Shown: positions 7,022 through 16,312 of the stretch, in pieces
Layout: each line of letters begins with the position of its first letter
Numbering within the stretch: the first letter of the stretch is position 1
NCBI RefSeq assembly: GCF_020969955.1
Contig: NZ_JAHDSX010000005.1
Span: 58,051 to 90,050 of the forward strand
Origin: Allobaculum fili
GTDB lineage: Bacteria; Bacillota_I; Bacilli_A; Erysipelotrichales; Erysipelotrichaceae
Direction: 5' to 3'
Length of the DNA stretch: 32,000 bases
Notes under the pieces: generated by a model
The model's input: only the letters and a program-made list of their open reading frames with translations
What the model was told of the DNA's origin: nothing
Database searches by the model: none
Program-made: the position numbers and the translations under genes

Positions 7022-7936
7022 TTAGTTTTTCGGAAGCGCTTTGCCAATGGCTTCCTTGACCGAGTTCAGACGGTATCTGGCCAGAGCGGCAGGAAGTTCA
7101 TCGATAATGCGCGGGCATGCCCACGGATCGACCAGATTTTCGCTGCCGATTTCCACAGCGCTTGCGCCTGCGTACAGGAATTCCAGAACATCTTCGGCGC
7201 ATGTAATGCCGCCGCAGCCGATGATTGGAATGTTTACAGCCTGTGCACAAAGGTAGACCGCACGGATGGCGATCGGCTTAATCGCCGGTCCGGAAAGACC
7301 GCCTGTGACGTTGCCAAGCAGCGGTTTTGCGGTGCGCAGATCGATGCGCATCGCCGGAACGGTATTGATCAGAACGATACCGTCAGCACCGGCCTGTTCC
7401 ACCGCCTGCGCGATTTTCGTGATATCCGTTACGTTTGGCGAAAGCTTCACGTAAACCGGCTTGTCGGCAACGGCCTTCGCCATACGGGTGACTTCCGCAG
7501 CCAGTTCGGGATTGGTACCGATGGCCATGCCGCCGGCGGAAACGTTCGGGCAGGAGATGTTCAGCTCAAACGCCTTGATAACGTCCATGCCGCGCAGCTG
7601 TTCAATGACCAGCGCGTAGTCCTGCAGACTTGCGCCCGCCACGTTGGCGATGACTTCGGTATCAAACTGTTCCAGAAACGGAAGTTCGCGGGCTTTGACG
7701 AATTCCACGCCTCGGTTCTGCAGACCGATGGCGTTGATCATGCCCGACGGAGCTTCCGCGATGCGCGGCAGAGGATTGCCGGCGCGGGGATCGGGCGTAA
7801 TGCTTTTGACGCAGCAGCCGCCCAGAAGGCTCAGATCGTAAATCATCGAAAATTCACGGCCAAAGCCGAAGGTTCCCGAGGCAGGAATAACCGGGTTTTT
7901 CAGGTTCAGACCTGGAAGCTGTACAGAAAGATCCAT
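7022..7936 (-). CDS. pyrD: Dihydroorotate dehydrogenase 1B, catalytic subunit
   Basis: I place the start at the internal ATG ([26 protein letters not shown]), which overlaps the pyrK stop as TAATG. The longer ORF-track N-terminus (to 8122) lies inside pyrK. Class 1 DHOD motifs are present throughout. Confidence 0.9.
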   Translation of the reverse strand: MDLSVQLPGLNLKNPVIPASGTFGFGREFSMIYDLSLLGGCCVKSITPDPRAGNPLPRIAEAPSGMINAIGLQNRGVEFVKARELPFLEQFDTEVIANVAGASLQDYALVIEQLRGMDVIKAFELNISCPNVSAGGMAIGTNPELAAEVTRMAKAVADKPVYVKLSPNVTDITKIAQAVEQAGADGIVLINTVPAMRIDLRTAKPLLGNVTGGLSGPAIKPIAIRAVYLCAQAVNIPIIGCGGITCAEDVLEFLYAGASAVEIGSENLVDPWACPRIIDELPAALARYRLNSVKEAIGKALPKN

Positions 7937-8670
7937 TACAGTACCACCTTTCCAATCGGGAATACGGGTCCGTTCTTGCAGACGCGAACCTGCATGCCGT
8001 TGCGATCCGTCATGACGCAGCCGTTGCATACGCCAAAACCACAGCCCATGCGAGCTTCTAACGATACATAGCCTTTGGTGTAGGCATTGCTGACGGCGCG
8101 CAGCATCGGAAGCGGGCCGCACGAGAGGACAAAATCCGTCTCGATGCCCTTAGCGCGAACGCCGTCCAGAACGGTGCCCTTAATGCCGGCACTGCCGTCC
8201 ATCGTGCAGATGACGGGCGAAATGCCCAGATGCTCAAATTCATCGACGTAGAAGACATCGCCGGCACTGTTAAAGCCCAGAACGACATCCACTTTAGCGC
8301 CTTTTTCAAGATAGGCTTTTGCGGTATACAGCATTGGAGGCGTTCCGACGCCGCCGCCCAGGATCAGAACTTCTTTCTGATCCGTGATCGGAAAACCGGT
8401 TCCCAGCGGACCGAGCAGCGAAAGGCAGGTGCCCGGTTCCATCGTCGACATTTTGTCGGTTCCGTTTCCCATGATTTTGTAAACCAGCGTCAGGCGGTCT
8501 TCTTCCACCCACGATACGGAGATCGGGCGGCGAAGAAAGTAGCCGGGCAGCGCCACATCCACAAACTGGCCCGGTTTGGCCAGCGCGGCGAGGTCGGTTT
8601 TCAGAACCATTTTGTAAACCGAATCGGCGATGGGGGTATTGTTAAGGATTTCTGCGTTGGATTGTTTCAT
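7936..8670 (-). CDS. pyrK: Dihydroorotate dehydrogenase electron-transfer subunit (FAD / 2Fe-2S)
   Basis: 244 aa. It has an FNR-like fold (RRPISV) and a C-terminal Cys cluster ([10 protein letters not shown]...VCKNGP). It starts 2 nt after the carB stop. Confidence 0.9.
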   Translation of the reverse strand: MKQSNAEILNNTPIADSVYKMVLKTDLAALAKPGQFVDVALPGYFLRRPISVSWVEEDRLTLVYKIMGNGTDKMSTMEPGTCLSLLGPLGTGFPITDQKEVLILGGGVGTPPMLYTAKAYLEKGAKVDVVLGFNSAGDVFYVDEFEHLGISPVICTMDGSAGIKGTVLDGVRAKGIETDFVLSCGPLPMLRAVSNAYTKGYVSLEARMGCGFGVCNGCVMTDRNGMQVRVCKNGPVFPIGKVVL

Positions 8671-8672
8671 GT

Positions 8673-11600
8673 TTATTTCCCCATTTCGTTCATGGAAATC
8701 ATCGAGAAGGAAAGGGATTCAAGAACTTTGAGAAGCGCGTTGGCGGTATCGAGGGACGTCATGCAGAAAATGTTATTTTCCGAAGCCACGCGGCGGATGA
8801 TAAATCCGTCGTCCTCGTTTTTGCGCGAATGACGGCTCATCGTGTTCACTACGAAGTTGACGCGGCCGTTTCGGATGACATCCACAACCGATTCCACATC
8901 GCCGCCCTGATTTTCAATCTTGGCAGCGTCGTGAACGAACAGGCCATGTTCGCGCAGGAAGCGAGCCGTACCCGGGGTGGCGTAAATGCCGTAACCGATC
9001 GTCGCAAAACGCTTAGCCAGCGGCAGTGCGTCTTCCTTGTCCGCATCCGCAATCGTCAGCAGGACGTTGCCGTGCGGAGAAACTTTAATACCAGCGGCAA
9101 CCAGGGCTTTATACAGCGCCTTTTCAAGGTTGATATCGGAGCCTAACGCTTCACCGGTCGATTTCATTTCCGGTCCAAGAACGGTGTCTACGCTGCGCAG
9201 CTTGGCAAAGGAGAAGACTGGTGCCTTGACGAAGACGCGGTGCGCGTCTTCCGGACGATAGCCAGGTTCATAGCCCTGTTCGCGCAGGGAGTGGCCAAGT
9301 ACCGCCATCGTCGCCGCATGGGACATCGGCGTACCGGTAATCTTGGACAGGAACGGAACGGTTCTTGAAGATCTCGGATTGACTTCGAGAACATACACCT
9401 GATCATTATGATCAACAATAAACTGAATGTTGTACAGTCCGATGAATCCGAAACCTTGACCGATCCGGATGGCGTAGTCAATAATAGTACTTTTTACTTC
9501 GTCGCTGATCGTCTGGGGCGGATAGACCGAAATGGAGTCGCCGGAATGGACGCCGGCGCGTTCGATATGTTCCATGATGCCCGGCAGATAGACGTCTTTT
9601 CCATCGGCGATGCCATCGATTTCCAGCTCCTTGCCGACGATGTACTTGTCGACCAGAATCGGAGCGTCATGGGAAATTTCCTTAACCGCGTTGCCCATGT
9701 ATTTCACGAGTTCATCGTCATCGTGAACGATTTCCATAGCGCGGCCGCCCAGTACGTAGGACGGACGAACGAGAACCGGATAGCCGATGCGCTTGGCGAT
9801 GTCGAGCGCTTCTTCAACGGTAACCGCGGTTTCGCCCTGCGGCTGCGGGATATCAAGCTTTTTAAGCATCGCTTCAAATTCATGACGGTCTTCCGCAAGG
9901 TCAATGCTCTTGAGCGACGTACCGAGAATCTTGACGCCGTGTTCGGCAAGGGAAGCTGCCAGGTTGATGGCCGTCTGGCCGCCGAACTGAACGATGACGC
10001 CTTCCGGTTTTTCGAGATCGATGACTTCCATGACATCTTCGGTCGTCAGCGGTTCGAAATACAGCTTGTCGGAAATCGAGAAGTCGGTCGATACCGTTTC
10101 CGGGTTGTTGTTGATAATGATGGCTTCATAGCCGGCCGAACGCAGCGATTCGACGCAGTGTACGGTCGCGTAGTCAAACTCGACACCCTGACCGATACGG
10201 ATCGGGCCGGAACCGAGAACGATGATTTTCTTATTGTCGGAAGGAATGCTTTCGTTTTCCTGCTCATACGTCGAGTAGAAGTACGGGGTGGCGGAAGTAA
10301 ATTCGCCGGCGCAGGTGTCAACCATTTTGTAAACCGGAACGATGCCATTGGCGTGACGCAGGTCATACAGTTCCTTTTCCGGCACGTTCCAGGCTCTGGC
10401 GATGTAGGAATCGGAGAAGCCGTTTTGCTTGAGGATGGCGAGCGTTTCGACATCCATCGGTTTTGCCATCATCAGGGATTCGAGGTTGATGATGCGCTCG
10501 AGATGCCACAGGAAGAACGGGTCGATCTTCGTCATATCGTGAAGTTCTTCAATCGTGCCACCGTCGCGCAGCCATTTGCCCAGCGCGTACATGCGCAGAT
10601 CGCTCTTGCCTGTGATCAGCTTGGCGAGATCTTCCCTGGACAGTTCGTCAAGATCCTTTAAGTACAGATGATCGACTTTCATTTCCAGCGAACGTACGCC
10701 TTTGAGGAACGATTCCGCAAACGTACGGCCGATGGACATGACTTCACCAGTCGCCTTCATCTGCGTACCGAGGGTACGGTCGGCGTTCGGGAATTTGTCG
10801 AAGGGAAAACGCGGGAACTTGGAAACGATGTAGTCAATCGCCGGTTCGAAGCAGGCGTAGGACGATTTGGTAATCGGGTTGAGAATTTCATCGAGGGTCA
10901 GGCCGACTGCGAGTTTGGCCGAAATGCGCGCGATCGGATAGCCGGTGGCTTTGGACGCCAGCGCCGAAGAGCGGGATACACGCGGGTTAACCTCAATGAC
11001 GTAGTACTTGAAGCTTTCCGGATCGAGGGCGAGCTGTACATTGCATCCGCCGCAGATTTTCAGGGCGCGGATGATTTTCAGCGAAGCTGAACGAAGCAGC
11101 TGGTTTTCGCGGTCGGTCAGCGTCTGTACCGGAGCGACAACGATGGAGTCGCCGGTATGAATGCCGACAGGATCCACGTTTTCCATGTTGCAGACCACGA
11201 TCGCGTTGTCGTTGGTATCGCGCATAACTTCGTACTCGATTTCCTTGTAGCCGGCAATCGACTGCTCGATCAGGCACTGGTGAACTGGGGAAATTTTCAG
11301 ACCGGCATCGCAGATGGTGCGCAGTTCTTCTTCATTGTCCGCAAATCCGCCGCCGGTTCCGCCCAGAGTGTAGGCCGGACGGACAACGACCGGGTAGCCG
11401 AGGGTTCTGCAGTATTCCACTGCCTGATCCACGGTGTGGACGATGTCGCTTTCCGGCACCGGTTCGTTAATTTCACGCATGAGCGAACGGAAGAGTTCGC
11501 GGTCTTCCGCCTTGTTGATGGCGGAAAGGTCGGTACCGAGGATTTCGACACCGTATTCATCGAGAATGCCGTCTTCCGCCAGTTCAACAACCAGGTTCAG

Positions 11601-11885
11601 ACCAGTCTGGCCGCCGAGGGAGCCAAGAACGGCATCCGGGCGTTCCTTATAAATAATGCGTTTGGCAAAGTCGAGGGTAATCGGCTCGATGTACACCTGG
11701 TCGGCAACAACCGAGTCGGTCATGATGGTCGCCGGGTTGGAGTTGATCAGAATGACTTCATAGCCTTCTTCACGCAGCGACTGGCAGGCCTGTGTTCCTG
11801 CATAGTCGAATTCGGCAGCCTGGCCGATGACGATCGGGCCGGAGCCGATAACGAGAATTTTATGGATATCCGTACGTTTAGGCAT
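8673..11885 (-). CDS. carB: Carbamoyl-phosphate synthase large subunit
   Basis: 1070 aa. The N-terminus is [33 protein letters not shown]. It has duplicated ATP-grasp halves and an MGS-like C-terminus. Confidence 0.97.
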   Translation of the reverse strand: MPKRTDIHKILVIGSGPIVIGQAAEFDYAGTQACQSLREEGYEVILINSNPATIMTDSVVADQVYIEPITLDFAKRIIYKERPDAVLGSLGGQTGLNLVVELAEDGILDEYGVEILGTDLSAINKAEDRELFRSLMREINEPVPESDIVHTVDQAVEYCRTLGYPVVVRPAYTLGGTGGGFADNEEELRTICDAGLKISPVHQCLIEQSIAGYKEIEYEVMRDTNDNAIVVCNMENVDPVGIHTGDSIVVAPVQTLTDRENQLLRSASLKIIRALKICGGCNVQLALDPESFKYYVIEVNPRVSRSSALASKATGYPIARISAKLAVGLTLDEILNPITKSSYACFEPAIDYIVSKFPRFPFDKFPNADRTLGTQMKATGEVMSIGRTFAESFLKGVRSLEMKVDHLYLKDLDELSREDLAKLITGKSDLRMYALGKWLRDGGTIEELHDMTKIDPFFLWHLERIINLESLMMAKPMDVETLAILKQNGFSDSYIARAWNVPEKELYDLRHANGIVPVYKMVDTCAGEFTSATPYFYSTYEQENESIPSDNKKIIVLGSGPIRIGQGVEFDYATVHCVESLRSAGYEAIIINNNPETVSTDFSISDKLYFEPLTTEDVMEVIDLEKPEGVIVQFGGQTAINLAASLAEHGVKILGTSLKSIDLAEDRHEFEAMLKKLDIPQPQGETAVTVEEALDIAKRIGYPVLVRPSYVLGGRAMEIVHDDDELVKYMGNAVKEISHDAPILVDKYIVGKELEIDGIADGKDVYLPGIMEHIERAGVHSGDSISVYPPQTISDEVKSTIIDYAIRIGQGFGFIGLYNIQFIVDHNDQVYVLEVNPRSSRTVPFLSKITGTPMSHAATMAVLGHSLREQGYEPGYRPEDAHRVFVKAPVFSFAKLRSVDTVLGPEMKSTGEALGSDINLEKALYKALVAAGIKVSPHGNVLLTIADADKEDALPLAKRFATIGYGIYATPGTARFLREHGLFVHDAAKIENQGGDVESVVDVIRNGRVNFVVNTMSRHSRKNEDDGFIIRRVASENNIFCMTSLDTANALLKVLESLSFSMISMNEMGK

Positions 11886-12969
11886 TCTTCTTTTTCTCCT
11901 TTTCTTCTTCCATCAGCGCCATGAAGCGGTCAAACATTTTCTTGGAGTCGTTCGGGCCGGCATTGGCTTCGGGATGGAACTGAAGCGAGAAAACCGGGTA
12001 TTCGGTATGCATCATGCCTTCGCAGGACTTGTCGTTCAGCGCGACATGCGTCATTTTCAGACCCGTTCCTTTCAGCGAGTCCTTATCGACCGCATAGCCA
12101 TGGTTCTGGCTGGTAATTTCCACATGGCCGTCTTCGAGATCAACAACTGGATGGTTGCCGCCGCGATGGCCGAATTTCAGCTTGTAGGTTTTGGCACCGC
12201 AGGCCAGCGCGATCAGCTGATGGCCCAGGCAGATGCCGAAGATGGGTACTTTTCCGATCAGATTGCGGATCGTTTCAATCGATTCCGGCAGATCTTCCGG
12301 GTTTCCAGGACCGTTCGTGAGCATGACACCGTCCGGGCGGAAGTTCATGATCGTTTTCCAGTCGGTGTTATACGGAACAACGACGATGTCGCAGCCGCGC
12401 ATCGACAGTTCGCGCACGATGCCCAGCTTGGCGCCAAAGTCCATCAGGATAACTTTCGGTCCGCGGTTTGGTACCGAGTAAAGCTTGGAGGAGCTTACGC
12501 GCTTTACCTGATCGTGCGGCAGTTCCGTTTCCTGCAGCGTTTTCACAATTGCGTCCACATCGGCGTCGACATTGGCCATCGTCGCGCGCATGGTGCCGTG
12601 TTCACGGATGCGGCGGGTCAGCGCGCGGGTATCCACTTCGCTGATGCCTGGGATATTTTCGTTTTTGCAGAACTGGTCGAGCGATTCGCAGGCGCGCCAG
12701 TTGGAGTAGTCGTCACAGAGATTTTTGACAACGAAACCGAACGCAGCCGGTTCAATGCTTTCCCAGTCGTCGCGGTTTACGCCGTAGTTTCCGATGAGGG
12801 GGTACGTCATCAGAATGATCTGACCGCAGTAGGAGTTGTCCGTAAGGATCTCCTGGTAGCCGGTCATTGAGGTGTTGAAAACAAGCTCGCCGATCTGGAA
12901 ATTGTCGGAGCCGAAGCCCTTGCCTTTCCAGACGCTGCCGTCTTCAAGAATCAGCAGTCTGTCTTCCAT
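11878..12969 (-). CDS. carA: Carbamoyl-phosphate synthase small (glutaminase) subunit
   Basis: 363 aa. GATase-1 motif [11 protein letters not shown] and ...HGYAV. It overlaps the carB start by 8 nt. Confidence 0.95.
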   Translation of the reverse strand: MEDRLLILEDGSVWKGKGFGSDNFQIGELVFNTSMTGYQEILTDNSYCGQIILMTYPLIGNYGVNRDDWESIEPAAFGFVVKNLCDDYSNWRACESLDQFCKNENIPGISEVDTRALTRRIREHGTMRATMANVDADVDAIVKTLQETELPHDQVKRVSSSKLYSVPNRGPKVILMDFGAKLGIVRELSMRGCDIVVVPYNTDWKTIMNFRPDGVMLTNGPGNPEDLPESIETIRNLIGKVPIFGICLGHQLIALACGAKTYKLKFGHRGGNHPVVDLEDGHVEITSQNHGYAVDKDSLKGTGLKMTHVALNDKSCEGMMHTEYPVFSLQFHPEANAGPNDSKKMFDRFMALMEEEKEKKKNA

Positions 12970-13003
12970 ATTTATTTATCCTTTCTATTTATTTATCCTT
13001 TCT
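12970..13003. repeat. Perfect 17-bp tandem duplication at pyrC stop / carA RBS
   Basis: ATTTATTTATCCTTTCT occurs at 12970-12986 and again at 12987-13003. On the minus strand this reads AGAAAGGATAAATAAAT x2. Confidence 0.95.
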
Positions 13004-14302
13004 GGTCCATACCGGGCGGCCCTCCGACCACGTCTGCATGACGCACACATTCGCTGTCCAGCCGCCAAACGGCGTATTTTTCCCTTTCGATTCAAAATCG
13101 GCGGGGTCAATGGTGTAGGTTCGATCAAAATCCGCCAGGAAGAAATCCGGGCGATAGCCTTCGCGCAGCTCGCCGGTCTTTTCCAGACCGAAGCGCTTCG
13201 CGGGCTTTGCGGCCATCCACTCCAGCAGCTGTTTCAGACTCCAGCGTTTCTGGCGGTCCACAAACTCGGTGTACAGCAGCGGGAAGGCGGTTTCGAGAGC
13301 AACGATGCCAAAGGGCGCCTTGTCCATCGGCCGCGTTTTTTCTTCCATCGTATGCGGGGCATGGTCGTTGGCGATGAAATCCAGCGTTCCATCTTCCAGC
13401 CCTTCAATCAGCGCCATGCGATCTTCATGCGAACGCAGGGGCGGATTCATTTTTTCCATCGCATCCTGAACGTCCCTGTCTTCCAGGAGCAGATGATGTG
13501 CAGTCACTTCGGCGGTGCAGTTGACGCCGTCGCGCTTGGCCTGCCGCAGTGCTTCCACGCTTTCTTTTGCGGAAATGTGATCTGCATGGTAAGCCACCGG
13601 AATCTGGCGTGCATAGCCGAGATCGCGAATGAGCTGGGCGCTTTCACAGGCGCTCGGAATACCGATCCAGCCATTCTTTTTCGCGTACGGACCTTCATGC
13701 ACCGAAGCGCCCGGCGCGCGATAGTTCATGTCTTCGGTATGGCAGGAAAAGAGCACATCGGCTTCCACTGCCTTTTTCATGGCTTCCTGCATGACATCGC
13801 CGCTCGCTACGCCGACGCCGTCATCCGAAAACTGATGAATGCCGAGTTTTTTCAGCGCCGCATAGTCGGTCGGCGTCCTGCCGGCTTCATCGTCGGTGAT
13901 TGTTCCAAACGGAATCACGCGTACAACGGCATCGTTCGCGATTTTTTCCAGATACGGTTCCATCGTCTCTACAGTTGATGGATACGGGCGAAGGTTTGGC
14001 ATCGCGAAGATCGTCGTAAAGCCGCCGGCAGCCGCCGCCCGGCTTCCCGCGGCAATCGTTTCCTTGGCTTCGTAGCCTGGTTCGCGCAGATGCACGTGGG
14101 TATCAACCAGACCGGGCAGTACAGCCAGGCCCTTGGCATCGATAATTTCCACATCGTCATCGACTTCAATTTCTGGCGCGATCTGAAGGATTTTTTCCTG
14201 ATCAAACAACATTTCCAGATTCTGAAGCGAACCGTCATAAAAGATGCGGGCGTTCTTGATCTTGATGGGGTGAAGCCCGGAAAATGCGGGTTTCGTGTTC
14301 AC
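12989..14302 (-). CDS. pyrC: Dihydroorotase
   Basis: 437 aa. GTG start 8 nt after AAGGAGG. Amidohydrolase metal motif DTHVHLREPG, with later HAPH. Confidence 0.92.
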   Translation of the reverse strand: MNTKPAFSGLHPIKIKNARIFYDGSLQNLEMLFDQEKILQIAPEIEVDDDVEIIDAKGLAVLPGLVDTHVHLREPGYEAKETIAAGSRAAAAGGFTTIFAMPNLRPYPSTVETMEPYLEKIANDAVVRVIPFGTITDDEAGRTPTDYAALKKLGIHQFSDDGVGVASGDVMQEAMKKAVEADVLFSCHTEDMNYRAPGASVHEGPYAKKNGWIGIPSACESAQLIRDLGYARQIPVAYHADHISAKESVEALRQAKRDGVNCTAEVTAHHLLLEDRDVQDAMEKMNPPLRSHEDRMALIEGLEDGTLDFIANDHAPHTMEEKTRPMDKAPFGIVALETAFPLLYTEFVDRQKRWSLKQLLEWMAAKPAKRFGLEKTGELREGYRPDFFLADFDRTYTIDPADFESKGKNTPFGGWTANVCVMQTWSEGRPVWTRKDK

Positions 14303-14419
14303 AGAGATTTCCTCCTTTATTCGGGTTTCTCTTATTTATCGTAGATTTAACGGAAGGCTCCGTCTTATCTTTCCTGGATTCGTAAGTGTTTCTGGCCGGT
14401 TTCGCCGGCTTTTTATGGC

Positions 14420-15328
14420 TCAGGCCTTGCTTCGGCCAAAAGGCTCGAAGCCGAGAGCACGGCGGACAACCGCCTTGCGGACGAGGACCCCGTTTTTCAT
14501 CTGCTGGAAAATGCGGCTGCGGCTGCATTCCACCAGATCGGTATCAATTTCCACGCCGCGATTGACCGGCGCCGGATGCATGATGATCGCATGATCCTTC
14601 ATGCGCTTTTCCCGTTCTTTCGTCAGGCCGTAGCGGCTGAGGTATTCCTCGTCGCTCAGGCTTTCGAGGCGGGCGCCGCGTTCACGCTGAATGCGCAGCA
14701 GGATGAGGACGTCAGCCCATTCAATGTTTTCGTCCAGATCCACAAACGGGTAGCCTTCGCGTTCCCATTCTTTCGGTCCCGCAAAGCGGACTGTCGAGCC
14801 GAAGCGTTCGAGGGCTTCCTTGTCGCTGGCCGCAACGCGGGAGTGAGCGACATCGCCGCAGATGAGCACGTTGAGGTGATCAAGGCGGCCAAATTCGTTG
14901 TAAATCGTGAGCAGATCGAGCAGGCACTGTGTCGGGTGATTGCCCTTGCCGTCTCCGGCATTGATGATGGGAACTTCAATATTTTCCAGTTCGCGGAAAT
15001 ATTCGTCCTGGGCGCTCCGGATGACCAGAACACCGTAGCCGAGCGCCTCAAAAGTGCGCACGGTATCGTAAAGCGTTTCCCCCTTTGTCAGCGAAGACGA
15101 TTCGGGGTTGAAGTCGGCGGCCTGCAGTCCAAGCTGGTATTCCGCGCTTTCAAATGAGTAGTGTGTACGAGTCGAAGGCTCAAAAAAAAGATTAGCAGTA
15201 AGTTTCCTGGATGAAACAGGAACCTGCCAATCTGATTGAGAACTATAAAAAACCTTCGCATCATTGAGAATATCGAGGATATCCTGATTGGATAAATCCT
15301 TCATAGTGAGAAGCGACTTTGGATTCAT
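14420..15328 (-). CDS. pyrB: Aspartate carbamoyltransferase catalytic subunit
   Basis: 302 aa. Motifs: FFEPSTRTHYSFE, HPTQ, HPAP. RBS GGGAGG lies 7 nt before the ATG. Confidence 0.93.
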   Translation of the reverse strand: MNPKSLLTMKDLSNQDILDILNDAKVFYSSQSDWQVPVSSRKLTANLFFEPSTRTHYSFESAEYQLGLQAADFNPESSSLTKGETLYDTVRTFEALGYGVLVIRSAQDEYFRELENIEVPIINAGDGKGNHPTQCLLDLLTIYNEFGRLDHLNVLICGDVAHSRVAASDKEALERFGSTVRFAGPKEWEREGYPFVDLDENIEWADVLILLRIQRERGARLESLSDEEYLSRYGLTKEREKRMKDHAIIMHPAPVNRGVEIDTDLVECSRSRIFQQMKNGVLVRKAVVRRALGFEPFGRSKA

Positions 15329-15382
15329 TCACTTACCTCCCTGATGTCCAGATCCATGGTGATGATCAATTTGATCTTTTGG

Positions 15383-15412
15383 ATTATAGCGCAAGTCCCC
15401 GCAGGATGACAA
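15383..15412 (-). promoter_or_regulatory. Putative sigma-A-type promoter of the pyrB operon
   Basis: On the minus strand: TTGTCA (15412-15407), an 18-nt spacer, then TATAAT (15388-15383). This leaves a leader of only ~45 nt before the pyrB ATG. Confidence 0.55.
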
Positions 15413-15433
15413 ACAAATTTCAAGCGTCGTACC

Positions 15434-16233
15434 CTGCAGGAATTTTTCCCCTCCGGATTGCACCATTTCCCTTCTTTTGGATCATTTTCAGAATGTATCT
15501 CTTCGAATTAGGAACTATACCATGCGCAGTAAAAAAGAAAAATCAGACGATCCGCGTCAGGCAAACGGAAAATGGTATAGGGGCAAGCAGAGCCAAAAGC
15601 GTAGATACAGATCGGCAAAAGTAAAAAACGAAATTTCCACTTTACATAAAGCATATACATCCATTTTACCCTAAAAAAACTGTCAAAGATTCGATGGCGA
15701 CGCGAGTCTTTGCAGGAATTTTCCGCCCTTGGACTGCACCGCTTTCTTTCTTCCAGGCCATTTTCTGAATGGATCTCTTCGAATCCGGAACTCCACTTTG
15801 CGCAGGAAAAGGGAAATCAGATGATCCGCGCCAGACAAACGGAGAATGGTATGCGGGAAAGCCAGAACAAAAAGTGCAGCTACAGATCGACAAAAGCCAA
15901 AAGCCCGATATCCGATTTACATAAAGTAAATACAGACTTTTTAGGCCAAAAAAAACTGTCAAAGTTTCAATGGCTGCGCAAAGAAAAAACATCCTGCAGG
16001 AAAACAGAACCAAAATGTGTAGCTACAGATTTGCAAAAAAACTAAAAAGGATATTTTCGCTTTATATAAAGAAGATATAGACTTTTTTTCACCTGAAAAA
16101 CTGTCAAAGATTCAATTGCCATCCCAGTTCCTGCAGGAATATTCCGCCTCTGGACTTTGCCGTTTCCCTTCTTCTGCGCCATTTTCCGAATGGATCTCTT
16201 CGAATCCGAAACTATGTTCTGCGCAGTAAAAAT
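15434..16233. repeat. Array of diverged ~276-bp tandem repeats (units A, B, an internally deleted C, and a partial D)
   Basis: Units: A 15434-15709, B 15710-15993, C 15994-16130, D 16131-16233. The landmark TGCAGG occurs at 15435, 15711, 15995 and 16132. The landmark CTGTCAAAG occurs at 15680, 15956 and 16101. A and B are in exact 276-bp register. See findings. Confidence 0.9.
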
Positions 16234-16260
16234 GGAGTGCCGACCGGTTTTCGACACTCC
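16226..16260 (-). terminator. Intrinsic terminator of the nuclease gene
   Basis: Stem GGAGTGCCGA (16234-16243) / TCGACACTCC (16251-16260), 9 of 10 paired. On the minus strand AUUUUUA follows. It lies ~50 nt after the stop at 16313. T-rich sequence also follows it on the plus strand. Confidence 0.7.
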
Positions 16261-16312
16261 GTTTTTCTGTTTCCTCATTTTTTCACGTTTTTTACTGCCG
16301 GACTGGGCGCAC

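Noticed and set aside
16141-16160. A PyrR-binding-loop-like sequence on the minus strand of the repeat units: AGTCCAGAGGCGG in D, AGTCCAAGGGCGG in B and AATCCGGAGGGG in A. This would make the array a set of pyr attenuators.
   Set aside because: The match to ARUCCAGAGAGGYU is incomplete (GAGAGG core missing or altered). I could not draw the flanking stem or a terminator/antiterminator pair. By my promoter call, these sites lie upstream of the transcription start. I kept it only as something a covariance-model scan could settle.
15434-16233. A CRISPR array or other short-repeat/spacer structure.
   Set aside because: The units are ~276 bp, contiguous and mutually diverged, with no short identical repeats separated by unique spacers. 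No cas genes are in the window.
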